Shown here: in pieces, positions 35,041-51,200 of the stretch
How the letters are laid out: every line of letters starts with the position of its first letter
How positions within the stretch are numbered: the first letter of the stretch is position 1
DNA from: Trichoplax adhaerens
Lineage: Eukaryota; Animalia; Placozoa
NCBI RefSeq assembly: GCF_000150275.1
Contig: NW_002060947.1
Location: 3,650,980-3,714,979 of the forward strand
Reading direction: 5' to 3'
DNA length: 64,000 bases
Program-made: the position numbers and the translations under genes
Notes under the pieces: generated by a model
Databases searched by the model: none
What the model saw: the letters and a program-made list of their open reading frames with translations, nothing else
Told to the model about the DNA's origin: nothing

Positions 35041-38000
35041 CTACAGCTCGTACTAAAAGCTGTTAAAACCGCAATATTTCGCTTTCTAAATGGCATAAGG
35101 GAAGTAAAATTATTAATTGTAACAGTTTTACATTAAGCATAGAGAAGAATTCAATAATTGATGTACTGTACAGTGTAGACTGGACACTCACAGTAAAACT
35201 GTTTACTGTGCAAGTTCGTATACGAGTATTCGCGTATATGTAGTACAGCATATACTATAAGTAAAAGTTGATGTCTACACGAGTCTACACGAAGTCCCAG
35301 GATTCTTTAAATCTTACCAATTGATTGCCTATATTTATAGGCGGCAGTAGCAGAATTATCAATGGCTTCAATTTAAAAGGTGAGATAAAGTTACGTCTTT
35401 GAAATTGAAGCCATTGATAACTCTGTGGATTTCCTTTACAGTATTTATATTATTATTGCCTTATTATTATGCAGGAGAACATGATGCGTTACGAGTAGAA
35501 TTAAAACCCAGATTTTATCATCATAACGAAATGAATGAAATTGACCGGATTGCTCCTATCGTATACGCATACTGGAAAACTTTTGTGGCTTGAATAACAC
35601 TTTTTGCCTGCCAAATTGCACATTGACATAAACGTAGTACTTTAGTACAATACTGTATCAAATAGAAATGCATTTTAATTTTAATTTCTTCTTATGTCTG
35701 CAAGGATTGACGACAGTTACATAAGATGATCATAGACATCCTCTGCATATAAAGATAAAACACAAAGATATCAACCCGTTTTTGATGATTGACCAGTACA
35801 CAAACACTATACGGAATCTGGGCAGAATCAATAGAGGAAATCTACCGTCATGGCTCTCCAATAATAATAACTGCCCTTGATATAGTTCTTGAATCAATGT
35901 TAGACTATTATCACGCAATGCACATAGTATCAATTGGACATAATCTGCGTTGGACTAGATTAAAAAAATTTGCACGCTAAGCCACTAAAGGTGTTACAAC
36001 AATCGGATAATACTGCATGTAGTTATTTGGAAATTAGTAAACCACGAAACATCGCATTATAAGATATGTGATAGATATGACCAGTAAAATAATAATACCA
36101 ATATGGATAGGCCTAACCTGAACGAAAAGGTTACCTGGAATTAAATTAATTAAAAGCTAACTGAGGTAATCTAACAGTAAGAAATGAGCAAGTCTTACTC
36201 TATCAGTTTATGAAGTTGTCGCATGATAGATGTTTCTATTCTACGCTGCACGTATTCATCCACTACATTTAAATCATACCTTGAAGGTATATAATAAAAA
36301 CACACTGTATAAAACATAAAGTCTCGGCGTAATATAAAAATAAAAATAATATATCTTAGTTTGTAGGCAGAATATGAGAAATGAGATATTATCAAGCAGA
36401 AATCAGTTTATAATATTGTCAAGCTTAGCAAATTCCAGTTCTATAAAAGTACCGCGTAAGTATTATAACGCTAACTGTCTTTCATAACGCATTATTACCA
36501 TAATGAACACATCTTATCGGATAATTAATTGAGATGATAGTAAAATAGAATAGCTAGATTTATAAAAACAAAGAACATTCTTGACTATATCTGTCACATG
36601 AGTAAATCAAATGAGGATATCAACAATCGTGAGAATATAGGAAGCCAGCCTACCATCACAACAAGTAGGACAATACAGGCTGTATTGTTTACTTAATCGC
36701 TTAACATAGTTAATATCAGAGCATTTACCACACCTGTAACGCAAAGTTGAAGCAAAATAAATATTATTGAATAAATGTGACGGCTAGATTTGTCTAATAA
36801 CTAGGACTTGCAGATATCCCTAGATAATAGCATCCTATCGTGATAGGACCAAAAATGGATTTAACTCACCCACATCCTGACTCTACTGTTACTAATTGAT
36901 ATTTTTATAGTATATTTTTCTATGACATGCGTCAAAAAAATGACCTACAGGGTATAACTAATGGACTTGCTTATTTACGTTATTTATTAGTTGCGAAAAG
37001 ATCACGTGTTCTACTATTGGATCCAATACGTTCATTATTGTTTCTTAAGAATGGGCATTGACTGAAATGTAATCAACGTAAATTAACGGAGAACGGCGCA
37101 ATATAATATTTGATGTAAAATGATAGACAACACTTTGTTGGCCTACTATCATTGATTTGTTTTAGTGGAATTATTGATAAACTAGCAAGTATGACCGGCT
37201 ACACTCAAAATAAATCTTCACTGTAATAGTATTATGTGCATATATCAAAAGGTGATCAATGATGTGGAGTGATAATTACATTATCATTACTAGTGTAAAG
37301 GTAAAAATAGTTTAGAAACTACTCATTACGCTAAGGATTTGAATTTAGAATAGAAATGAGACAGTTAAATTATAATTAAAATTAAATTTTTTTATTTTAC
37401 TGTAACATTCGTATATTGTTGTAGTATACAGGTATAAATCCTAATTGTTAGTAACTAGTAATAAAATTGTTGTTAAAAACTATTCTCAGTATCAGAATTA
37501 TTAAAAATTTGATAATAGCGATTGAACTCCGACGGGAATAACTATAGTCCAAAATTGATATTTCCACTTACATCTACAGTGTTAAATATTTAGTCGTGAC
37601 CAATTTATAAATAACTACAAATAACTTTGAAACTCGTTCGTTTATGGTATTAGCGGAACTTAAAATTCCTCTTAGAATAGCTATTTACTTTATTATATAC
37701 TTTGGTCTACATTTGATCAATAACTATTTTTTAATAATATTTTAGTTCAGTATAACAATTTATTACTGATATTGGTGAGATAAAATTTTTGTAAGCCGTA
37801 CAAACCGCGGTATAACCGCTATTATTGATGTAACATCTATTACACCTATTAAAAATAAATTCTATATCCGAATAGATAATCTATAAAATTTGCCTACAGC
37901 GATCTTTCTAGATCTCTATCTGTAACATAATCACTCAATTAGTGATAAGAGATTAAATTAATTGAAATAGTGCCTGGTCGTTCCGTCAACGTTTTACTAG

Positions 38001-39225
38001 CATTAATATGAACACCAGTATCATGAATTTTTGGCAACTATCTTATCTTATCATTGAGCGTAACGCGACAATTAAAATCTTGGTTCAGGACTTGAACCGA
38101 TTAAAATACGAAGATTTATGTAGAAAATATGAAGATATATCCTAAATAAAAATATATTATTAAATACCTATAATTAGGAAATTGGATCTTAGCCTAACCT
38201 CTAATATTCTGAGCTTTCTCATTTTACACGCAGTAATGTAAGCAATAGTACATAGCTATAGGAAATTGTTAAGTAAGGATAATACAGATAAAAATAGAAC
38301 GCTCTTTCTAATGAAGCTACCATTGTAACATAGATAGATTGATCAATGAATAACACTAATTACGAATTTACATGCTATCACGAGCAGAACATTCCTTTGG
38401 CATTTGTTACTGTTAAAATTATAGTATAATCTAAATAATAGTGTATTAAATGGTAATTTGAAAGGATATCCTTCATGATACAAATACTCAACTATCACGT
38501 TGTAGTCCACAATTTATTGTATACGCCCACACATCTCTGCTTAACAATATACCCAACAGCACTATTGACTATTAATTTAAATTAGGTATAGTAACGTTAT
38601 TTAGATGTAAATTTGTGTCAATATAACTGTTCATAACAGTATTTTAAGTCAGTGTATGCCAGGAAACAATGCTCCTATAGTAGAATAATTTAAACCCTTA
38701 GGCAATAGTAGTAAGCATTTTCTACACAAGGTAAAGTTACTCATAACAACAGCTTTTACTATACGATTAGTTGCTTATTGTTCAACACCATTATTGATCT
38801 ATTAATGCTTCAGCATAATAAACTATCATCTCATCCTCTTCATATTTTATAGTTAATAGGATGTTTATAGCGCATACGCGCCTAACATTCTACAATATAC
38901 ACTTATAGTATAAGAATAGCGTAAAAAAGATCGATATCGTTATTCTATAACAAAAATAGATGATTGATCACTAGACCAGTAGGTTATACTTTGGGGGTGT
39001 TGAAAAATTCAATGTGCTACTCTCAAGTATAGTTATTACAGTGTCTAGATAACACTTTTCCTTTTCGAGAAATATCCATATCCCCCCTGCTATCTAGTCT
39101 TATTATATAATCTGTCAAAAGAGAATATTTAGCATTCTTCATTTCAGGACACCTACGTGGATTAGAGGTAACATTAAGAAAAAATATTCAAGCGCGATTG
39201 AATAAAAGGATCGAAAGAGGGCATC

Positions 39226-42200
39226 ATGACGACTGTGGCAAGAAAAATTGCACCTCGAGCATCTTTTGCTCGATCTAAATCTCTCTCTGATAATATGATG
39301 CAAGATTTGTATCTAGCACGAGCTGGTGGAATGGATGCGGATAGCGGTGATGAAACATCAATTGAGATTAAGGCTATACTACCGGACGGAAATCGTAAAA
39401 CGGTAAATGCTTGACCTATTTGCCATAATCAATTACTCAATGATTTGTCAACATCGTGTTAACCTTATTTACAGCTAACCGATGATTCGATAGCTTACCG
39501 TTTTATACAAATTTTTCTTTAGTTTTAATTACTTTTTTCTTATACAGCGTTGTTTATACGAGTTAAATATGATTCAAATTAAAAAAGAAATGAATCCTTA
39601 AATGAGTATTGACCAATACTAATATCACTTTATGATCAACTCTATCGCATGCTAGATATTTAATGATATTTCGTCACTGATGTTGATCATTTTCGCGAAA
39701 GAACTATCTTACAACATACTTAACTTATTAAATTTCGGCACAGTAGCATTCTAATATCGTCGATAGGATAAGCGATAAAACAAGTGATACTTCGACCAAT
39801 TAACTCTAGCTTGATGTGACAATCAAAATGTTTTAATGATGAGGTGGCTTTTGAAGATAAAATAATCATATCTAAAAAATTGACTACAGAACTTTGAAAA
39901 AATAAATACCATCTTATGAAAGACTTTCATTTATTATAATTATTAAATTGGAAATTAAAGTGGCGCAGCTAAAAGACCTATTATTTTAAGTAATTACATA
40001 TAATGATCTAGCTTCCTGTAGATCTAAAGCAATTATCTGATCTTAATAATATAAAATGCTGAATCAGCCGACAATTATAATCAATAACCCACTGTTGATA
40101 ATTTCTTATTTTAAAAATGACTAACCAAAGCGTTAAAACATTTGTTATCAGTTTTCTTTGAAGTTATTGGATGAAAAGGTATAGAGACTTATGCGAATAC
40201 TCAAAAAGTTTATACGTAGAACTTAATAATTACGGTACTTTGAATACGGTTACAATCTTAATCGGCATTTCATAATATTTCTTTATCAGTGCTGGCTTTC
40301 TATACGTAAGACGTGAGTGCAATGTACAAGATGTCATACAGAATTCTTGTAACATCCGGAAAACTTCACCATTTACTTTTCTTACTTTTTTGCTACATAA
40401 CGGCTGTAATGATGATAAGGTGTAACAGATAAACCTATTGTAAACTTCTAGATTCGAAGACTAATAATATACTGATCGCTATTGATGATATAGAAGGACC
40501 GTTGATAAAATTTTAGGTGAAAGTATAGTCCAATTTAATACTGTACTAGCCTGAATTGAAAAAGGATGCTAAAAATTTTGTAATTGAATATTAATTTTAC
40601 TTACGCATTATTTCGGTCTAATAAGAAACTGTAAAATGTAGTTAATTTAAATTTGATACTGTATTAGTAGAAACAAGTTAGTATTGTAAATAGTGATAAT
40701 CATCATAATATAATGAGAGCGTAACTTTCGGTGAAGGTTATTCTTAGAAACTTTTGTAATCGTATCTGTCAAACTTCGATCATTCTCATTTTCGTTCTTC
40801 GAGCTATGCAGCCATAATCATATTGCGCCTTTCTATTTAATAATACTGTTTAATTGGCTGTAGTTTTTCTTACACTGTTTTAGTTTTAAATATTTCCAAT
40901 TTTTAGACATTACCTAAATTGTTAATCAAAGTGCAATTGATTTTTTTTAATGCTAGTGGGTAGAGTATTATGTAAACTGTCGGATCTTAGCTGAATCAAC
41001 GTAAGGGAATTTGTTTATCCGTATCATCACTTGTGTTAGATTTAGTTTAACCTTTCTACAGATTTTCTGACATATGCATAAGAGCTACTGGTCAAGCTAC
41101 TGTAGAATAAGCTTCTAGTTGGTATCCTGATACTGTACCATACACTAGAATGAATAACATTAGATTTCAGATCTATTAGAAGATATTTCACCGGTACCAT
41201 GCTTAGATAAATTCGTATTTCTTTACTATGACACGCCGCTAATTGTAATTTATTCGTTAAAAATTAACGACATGAATATTTTGTAATTGAAAATTTAGAT
41301 ATTTACAACGAAAGAACTAACTAAATTATACTCCTCCGTGAGACTGTATGAATTTCTAAGCATGCGAGTTGATACGTATTCATTAATTCAGCGTATTTGT
41401 GAATCTTCAAGTTTTTAATCATATGAGTTGATCGCTCAGGAAATTTTTCGTACTTTTATTTTAGATATTCCTCATCATATCTATACAATTATTAATTATT
41501 ACATCCCGTCTTAATATGATCAAGTTTTTGCTTTTAAAATCTAACATATTTCATTTCGACTTATCATGGAGCTTGATTTAGTGAATAACCTAAGTAATAT
41601 TTAACTGATTGCAACTCTTCTTGTTTTCGAGCAAGCTATTTTATAATGTCCATCTTTTCAGATATAAAACGATCGGTCAATATTTTCTTTCTTGGATGTT
41701 TAATTCCAACATTTTAGTAATCAAATATACGTTGTATAATTAAAACAAAAACTGTAGTAGTTCAGCTAGTAAATCTATTGACAATTCCTTTATCACCCTA
41801 ATTAAATTGAATCCCTATATTCGTCTTTTCGTTAGTAGCGATCCGTTACCATATATTTTTCTCAATCGTTGTTTTGGCCTTAATTTAAAACTTGTAATAA
41901 AATTTCGCACGTGACTGCTAAATCGAGATGGATAACATTTTACAAGTATCAAGATTGCTAACTTTTTCTCATTACTTCCAATCGAATTGTTATGTAAACT
42001 CCTGCAATATCAAAGTTCAAGCCATATTGTAAATGATACAAAAAAAAATCAGCTCACGGACAAAAGGATTGTTCCATGTTCGTCAAGTGTATTTATTAGA
42101 CATAATAGACTTCATACAGCAAGTGAGAAAAGAAGGCCATATTGCGTTTGTACTATTTTAGTCTTTTGATCATCTCATTATGGGAATCTAAGCTTCACGG

Positions 42201-45200
42201 TTTGTTGTCGTCGTCATTACTACTCTATTCAATATCATTTGTAAGAGTTAATCTAACATCCAGTCCATCTGTCAAATGAAAAAGACCATTATGCTTATTT
42301 TTCTCATCTATCCTACTCTGATCGCATTTTTGGGGACTTAATATTGACAGACATGTTATGATTTTCATCGTAGAACTCACTCTCTAACTATGGGTAAATT
42401 ATGATTATTGTATCGTAGTTACTTCTGCTGATTCATAATATTTAAGATTTCTTGACTGACATTGTTTAAAACTCAAGAGTTAATACGACGAAAGTTAAAG
42501 AATTTAAAGTTTAGTTTTACTATAAGGTCAGCTATATTAACCAACAATTATAAAACTATAATCTGCCGGTAATCAGCATTATAAAGAGCTGATGAAAGAG
42601 TTCAGCCGACAATGTTATAAAAGCTCATTCTCACAAAATAATACACATTGCATTCCGTATTGGCCATAGATAGGATATTTCTTCTTTGGGTTATTAACTA
42701 TCTAGCTAAACAGGATGGACGTGTGCTTTGTATAGTACAAGCAACGTTATATCTATAGGTTTCACGGTTATAATTTCTTTTCAAGTTCGTAATTTTATAT
42801 CTAGTGAATGAACTTTTCGAATATTAATAGTGGTAACCTAAAATACGTAAATACTATATAGCCTATTGTATGAATTATTATTCGAATTTCTATACCAAGA
42901 AGAGAACAGTTATTAGCTTTTAATATCAATATTCCCAGAAAATCAATTACACTTACGATGTACACTTTTTCGGGATACATGTGTAATTAACTTCAACAGC
43001 TACAGACAATGTTCATTTTAATGCATATCCTCTATCTCCGTTTGTTTGATGCCATATATCGATCAGCGGACTCCGAATATGCGTATATTACAGTAGTATT
43101 ATTTGCGTCAATATCACAATCTTAATGACTATCTAACCTTTCGAATGAAATCATAAGACAAAATGTTAATGCTATTTACTATAATATTTGAGTTAATACG
43201 ATATGCTCCATTTTATAAAATTTTTATCGACTATTATCTTTAATCAATAGCTAATAACATAAATCTAGTATCCTTAGCATACAGCATTTAATTATGCGTA
43301 GTACTGATAGTTATAACTGTATTGATCAAAGCTTACAGAATGAAATGCAATAAGATCAAATTATTATCAAATACTTTTCGAGAGTTGCATCACGTTGCTA
43401 CAGATAAATTAGTGAGCAATCTCTTGACCAGTTACCAAATATTTCGAGATTAAATTCTAAGTAAAGTGCCTTCATTATCCGCGTCTTAGATCGATCAGTA
43501 AGTTACGGGAGCAAATCTCTATAAAAATTTTGCGCACATCATGGCCTCCTCACTGATAGCCTTTCAATAGTTTATACTAAGCCATATTGTTTAAGTATCT
43601 GTATTATATACTTTCTTTGCTGATTGATTTAAGTACCTTTACCTTTTTGGTTACAAACTTTATTGTTTTATAACATTCATTAAAATTTAGCTTAAAATAA
43701 ACCCAAACCAGCAAATTCCTCGTAAACAACATTGCAAGTATTCTGTACAGAATGTATGAAGCTAATATACTCTTAGAAAATATTTCTCATGGATCAAAAC
43801 TATTGAATTAACCTTCAAAGGCGCTTATTTGCATAGTAATTATAGTTTTTATGGCTTAAATACTGGAATTATTTTGTATTTATCTGTTCTTTTCTGACGA
43901 ATTCATGGATTGATTTGAATTCCTGATAGTTAGCCCGTTAAGCTATTACTTTAAGTCCATTTTGAAAGTAAACGATTACTGTAGCTTTCGTTAGCCCTGA
44001 AAAGTTGACATTTTTAATTCACTTCAATTACTTTCCCTCTCTGTACCAATCGATTAATATATTACAAATAGTCTCAAGAAAACGAAAAGTGCATTCTGTC
44101 TTTAAATTTACGAAAAATGCTCATCGATCGCTCCAAATTATAAAGAAATTAGAGATAAAATGTTATCATTCTTTAAGGAGATTTTTACTTCGTTCAAAAG
44201 GATTATTTTCGTCGACTCAGAAGAATTTACATAGGTTACAGTCGATTACGATGTTCATTTGTAATTATTGTAAAAATTGAACGGCCATGATATGAATTTT
44301 ACTTAATGTTGTTCATTGTAGCTATCACTAAAACAAGTAGATTAATGTGTATGTTTATATTATTGCCTACGGAGCAAGCTAGAAACTAATTATTCCATAC
44401 AAATGAATATTGATAAGTGAATAGACATAGACATATGTTAATATCAACATATTGAGCATTTTCCTCTCTAAGAATAATATGACTAAAATTAATCCCATAA
44501 TAATGCTATTATCTTTTTTCCTATAGTTAAATGGCAAAGTAGGAATGAGGGTTGGGCATTTAGTTGCTGATATCGTCCATCAATTTAACTTATCATCTTG
44601 GCATGTTCGTATGTTGCCATCGCGCGCTATCGTTAATGATGGCTCTGATATAGGCGTCTTAAATGGTGAAGAAATATCAATCGAAGGAATTAGTCAATAT
44701 CCACAAAGCGATATTATGCAAGGTAAAATAATAAATTTTATTTTTAAAAATCATGTGCTATGAGAACGATAATAAGATACAGCATTTTTAGTCATTATGT
44801 ATGACCTTTTCCATCGAGTGAAGATTATTAGCCTTCATTCATACATTATATGTTCATGGCCAAAGCACTTTCACACTAAATTATTACTGTAGTTTTGAGA
44901 ATTGTTATGATATAATTTTTAATATAACAACTAAATCAACGCTCTCTTTGAAAGCAAATTAATCTTAATAAAATTGGTTTAGTAACAGTTTTAAACAACA
45001 AGCATTTGGTTTAATTTATGGGTTAATCCGTGATAAATATCCTTTACGTCAATGAAATTGATACAGTTACCGTAATTATGACGACTAAAATCTTGACCTC
45101 CTGTTATTTCCTTTTTCCTAACTGGAAAGGAATATAGTAATGAAACATTAATCGCTTTAAGCAATTCTGTATGAGAAACTCACTGTTACTGGTTTGAATT

Positions 45201-48200
45201 TTGCTTTGCCTATTGTAGACAGAATTAACTAAGTGTAGCATTTAACAACCTTAACAATATTACTATAGTAGAAGAGTAATCAAAAGCCATTCTAGTATAA
45301 TTCATTTTTCTTGTAATCAAATTTCTAGTTAACCAATAACAATTAATCACTTCTATCGTCATTACCTATATTGACTCTTATATTTTTTCCATTATTTTCC
45401 CTATTTTCCTGGACAACCAAATATTAATCCTATTAATATATATTGTAATATTGATAATTGATCTATTTAAAAAAATTAGATTGTAAGCAATTACTTTATT
45501 CAATAAGTTCACAAGCTCTTTTATAATGAACAAAAAAACGAAGTACGGTACTCTACTTTAATTTTTGTGAGAAATCTTCTATAATAAGGTTTGGTCAAAC
45601 CCAATCGAATTTATTTTTGAACCTTTCGCACCTAAGCTACTACATAGCAATGCATTTATGCAGGAGAAATTTTACTCGTCAATTCATTCGCTATACTAAA
45701 TGCAACTATGGTAAAGCCTCTACATTGTTTAATTTCTATCATACTGTACATTACCCTATTCTATTTCTCTATTTTTATTAATTTTTTCTGATGTGAGCCG
45801 TTTGACTATTTATCGGCACTACGATATGCGAATAGGCCAATATACATACTTAAGGAGCTACTGGCTTTTTGCTTAGTACTGGGTATCTGATGTTACAAAA
45901 ACCATGATGTTGTTGACAATCAGACTTAAATTACGTTTACCTTGAGATCTTTCATTACTATTCCAAGTAAATTTTGTCAATGTGATAATTTTATAGGCAA
46001 AAGAAATACTTTACGTCTATTTGTATTTGCTGAAAAAATGAATAGTTAAACTAAATATTGATTACTTAGCGAAAGTACTTTGTCACTACAACACTGCCAT
46101 TGGTAACTGATCGACCTATGCTTCTCGATTTCCTTATAGAAATGGATGAACGATTAAAATGTGTCAATAATTTGCTTTTCTCCGAAGAGCTTTACTTGGA
46201 ATCGCTTAAAATTACCATCGATAATTATGCTGATCCTCTTTGGTAAGGAAAATTAACTCTAGCGGCTTTTGCCGTATGAAGTATTCATATTGAATGAAAA
46301 GAACCTCTCAGAAAAATCCTAAAAGAAATAAAACCAATGTCTAAACATAGTGAATTATAATTGATGAATTTTCAATTTTACCACAGGAAATGGGGCTTAA
46401 GTGAATTAGAGTACGATACTCTCTTTGGTGGTATCAAGCAACTTCGACAGCTTAATACTCTGCTATGGCAAAAGGTAGAAATTAGAGATGTAAATTCAGC
46501 TTTCATAAAACAAATTTGGTATGACCAAGACAATCAAAACAGATTCTTTAATGGTTTTTAGTAATGGCTTTTGCAATTTTTACCATAAATGTTGCAGTCG
46601 AAATTATTTTATATTTCATTTTGTATCGCCGCTTAAAGCAATAATTTCAGTTATAGTTTAACTTAGTCGTCTGCCGATTTGAAAGCTAGAATATTTTACA
46701 AAGTCAATGTGATCATTATGGTGCCGATTATAATCGTAGTTAAGCCAATATAAAAGTGCAGATAGAGCAGTCACGGAAAACTTATACTAGCATAAATATA
46801 AGGCAATGGCAATGTTGATTTAATTACATTTTAAGCCAACATAAGAAAAAAGACAGTTAAGACTGTGATAAAATAAATTTCGTGAATGTGGTCGTGGAAA
46901 GGAGTGCAATATCCATTCCTTCCACGACTAATAAACGAATAGTAATTCAAGGAAACAAACAATCTCAGAATACTTGTCTTTATTGTACTGATATCATTTT
47001 AGAGGTATTTTAATCGTCTGTCTCTTAATTAAAATTCTTTTATTGTCGGCTATCGTTTTCATAAAACAATATTACTCTGGTATCATAGCAATATTAATTC
47101 TTTTTATTTAAGGCTTAGATAGTATGCTAGCACAAGAATGTCCACAGTTAGTAGTTGGCAATAGATTGGTTCAGTATAACAATTGCACATAATTAAACGT
47201 TTTAAAAATTTTTATTCGTGCTATACATGAATCAGTATCCACTTTTACTCATCTATCAGTTGACTAAAACCACTTTCCAAGCTAGCAAAAATTGTTTTGC
47301 GTATTAAATCTACTCACAAGATAACATTAACATTCTATCATGTAATATCGATTCTAAGTAAACTAAATAAAGGTAGTATGCGAGCATAAGGATGATTATA
47401 GATATGATACTTCGAATTAGCGTAAACGCTATACTTAATAATTTAATAGCTATCCATGTTGTACTAGTATGAACATTTTTTTTAAAAGCTATTTAATTGA
47501 TTCATCAGCTAATCAATGAATTAAAACTACTTTATTTGTTAATTATTATGACATCCTAGCAAATATTGATGCAATATTATTACAGTATAGAAACTGTAGT
47601 ATTAGAGATAGCATCAAAAATCGCAATAATGTTGTTCAGTCTTCATTTATTCATTTATATAAGCTATCTCATCAGTTAATAATATCGCTTCGTGGTCTTT
47701 AATCATTTTTAAGCCGTTTTAGGAACGGTAAGCGCAAAGACTATTTAAAAATTCGAGCGGTATTAGATTAATATCTATCAAACATATTCTAATTTAAAAA
47801 TCACTTGTGGAGGTCGAAAAATAACATTACTAAATTTGGCTTCCTGTTCAAGCAATCATCCGTTAAATTTAGCGGCACTGGAGAATTGTCGTCAGAATTG
47901 ACATTACTATGATCATTGAGCACCACAATAGTTTATGTAATTACGACTATCGTCTATATAATCACATGATATTACAGCTATTTATCATATCTCTTTTTAT
48001 TATAGTTGAAAAGTGCTACAGCAACTTGGGATTCCGAGCTTACTTGCATAGGTAAGATAAAGGCTTTGATAATTACTCAAGAAAGATTTACAGTACATTT
48101 GGTTGTACTGATTCTTCTCTCGGGTCTACTTTATCGTATCATTCTTGGTTAATTCCAAAAAATAAAAAATACAGTACGAGGTTCCCTCCTCCTACATAGA

Positions 48201-51200
48201 ATTCTGTATTAATTGATACCTTTGTAAGCAAGCCTATCTATTCTATCTGTGTCAGTGATAATACTCGTATGTAGAGTATTTGGGTATAAGCCAACCATAT
48301 CAATTTGTAATAGTAGCACACAATTCTATTATTTCTTTTACCTTGATTAATCTTCATATCAAGTTAGCACAATATTCTACGTATCTCCTAATGTAGTCTA
48401 AGCATATCAGCTTATACCGTTACCTTCTTTCATGGTATCTTTTTTTATACAGTAGTTACCAACTGTATGTTAATATCATGAAATGCTAGTATATTGTTTC
48501 TTGTTAGCATGAAAAATGCGATTTCCAAAAATAACGCAATAAATTTTAGAGATAATTATTACGAATTCATCCAAAAAGTGGATTTGCATGCAAATTGAGT
48601 AAATGTAATTAAAAATAAATGACTAACTAATGCTATTATCTCATCATTTAGGTCAGATTTTTGTTTTCTTTGATCTTTTCTGGCCTGTCTACGAAGAATA
48701 TTACCAAAGTTTTAAATCGGTCAAACTGTAAGTCTCTTTTCTTATTAGTATTCAATATTTGATTGTTCGATAACTACAAGGGTGAATGGATATTTTATTA
48801 ATCATGAATAAAACTAAATTTCTGAATAATTCTAAGCTGTAGTTTTCAAACTATTTATCTTGTCAATTCTATAATTAAAGATAAAACCAATAATCAAATT
48901 ATATATTAAAAAGATTTTTTTTAGTAAAGTAAAACGATAATAAATATCAAAAGTTGTACTATCACACCCTTAGTCAAGTCTTAAGCCACCTTCATAAATT
49001 ATTTATTTCATCGCGACGAAATTAATCGACGGCTAATCTAATAGAACATCTGCGTCAATATTTTAATTACACTGTAATACTATATTATTATCAAATCTGG
49101 ATTACTATCATTTATACAGCTTCTCTTTACACCATCAAATCCAAATTTATTTCTCAACTATATTAACTGTAGTTTTATAAAAGTTCACTACAGTTAATGC
49201 TCTCTGAAATACCATCTTGCGAGTGCATTAAGCTGGTCTTAATTTGATACAATAAATAATATCCCTTTTTAAGTCGGTTTTGAGGTTTAACAAAAAACCT
49301 TTGATATTACGTACGTTTTTAAAATAAATAGTAACATACCCGTACTTAAATTTATATACGAATATTAAGTCGTTGAACACGTTTCTGGGTATATATCTCC
49401 ATGTAATTAATTTTTGAATAGCAATGATGAATTTCACCGATTAGCTTGTAATTAGATGATAGCTTAGAAAATTATTTTCTACCAATCATTTATAGAATAC
49501 TAAAATCCAAGAAGAGTAATGATCCGACCTTCAGTGACTTCTTGCGAACTCAACGTCTTAGCGCTCATCATTCCTTGGAATCATTGTTACTAGCTCCAGT
49601 AAGTGATTAAGTTGGTTGTAGCAATATTTTTTATGATGCCTTCACTAACCGTGAAAGGAGTTAGAAATCAATTGGACTATCTCACTATTTTTATTTGGTA
49701 TTGTAATTTATGAAACTCTATTTCTGTTCTGCAAAATTCGTATACAAAGATGTTCATGCCAAGTTAATATTGAACGATTGGTCAAGCTTTTTAAATACAA
49801 TTTAAATTCTACAAAAATTTTTCTATAGTCCTGTATCAGTTTTCTTACCCACCTATTCTTTGTTAGTTAATAATTTATAATATACTGTAGTCTTGCATTT
49901 TAGAGTTGTATAATAGCCTTATTTGATATTAGTAACATTGCACATGTTTTTCTGAAGCCATTTACGATAAATCTGTTTAGCTTAAAATGAATCTTAGCTA
50001 AGGAAACGTCAAATAATTTTATCCTACACTACAATAAATTAAAAGCTTGCGATTACGTAGTAATTAAATTTAAAAATTTAACTTTATAGAATTCTTAACA
50101 GTTTCATTTCAGCAAAGCCAATGTTAATTTAATATACCAACGCTATTCTTAAATTAACGATCGCACCGTATAGTATGGTCCTATTTGCTATCTTCTTGAC
50201 AGTTCTATCAAGACGAAATACTTATTTAAGAAATTCTCAAAAATACTGTTATAATATTACTTTGCTTAATACCTTGCAAAGTCAATAATCAAATTTGATA
50301 TTAGCGTAGCTTTATCTTTGGCCGCTCAACAGTACTGAAATTAGCATATATTGCTTACATATTTTAGTAATGAGATTTCTGATTTATTTTCTCTACTTTA
50401 TTCCCTTCAACTTTAAGCATAAGCATCTAAATAATTTCAGCTATTAAGTCTAATCGAGCGTAGCAAATTATTTGTATATCGTTTCTACCGTGTTGTCAAA
50501 CATTTTTAGAATAGTTATGGAAAAATTCATTTCCTAATTAGTTTATTTCAAGAGAGATTTTATTAATTAAGTTGTCATTATCAAATTAGCAATTATTATA
50601 ATCATCGTGGAACAACCATAAATATTTCCGTATCATAATTAAACCTCGATATGTCAAAGATAAATTTCACCTTGAAAATTTTGATTTGAAGTTGTCGGTT
50701 GAGTTTGCTCTTAATGTCTCTTCTTAATGGCCGTTGTAGATATAGACCTAAATTTTGCCTTAACTGAATACAAATTTTCGTAAATGATACGCCTATAGTC
50801 AAAACCAGAAACAAATCCACAAAGCATAATTTTTTATTTGCACTGACATAACTTTCTTTATTTGAGGCTTTCATTCTAGTAATATTCCTAATCGCAGCTA
50901 ATAAGAAAGTATATAGTAAATGGCTGCCATTAATACCAGTATTCATTCTGTTATAGTTGATTCTCCTTTGTAAACCTGAAAAATAATAGCATCATGAATA
51001 ATGTAAATAAAAGCGTAGATGGAATCAACGCAAGCAATTTATTCTGAAGCTAATCATTACAATAATAATAAAGAAAACAATTTATTGTTTCTCGAAAACT
51101 GGATAGGTTTAATATTAAAAAAATGGCACAAATAAGTAATAATAATTCCTACCAAATTTGTTAAATTGGTTGTAACTATCTTTAGTCTACATAATTGATG

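Noticed and set aside
35709-36230. Weak similarity RQLHKMIID (+) versus RQLHKLIE (-)
   Set aside because: Too short and not extendable; probably chance.
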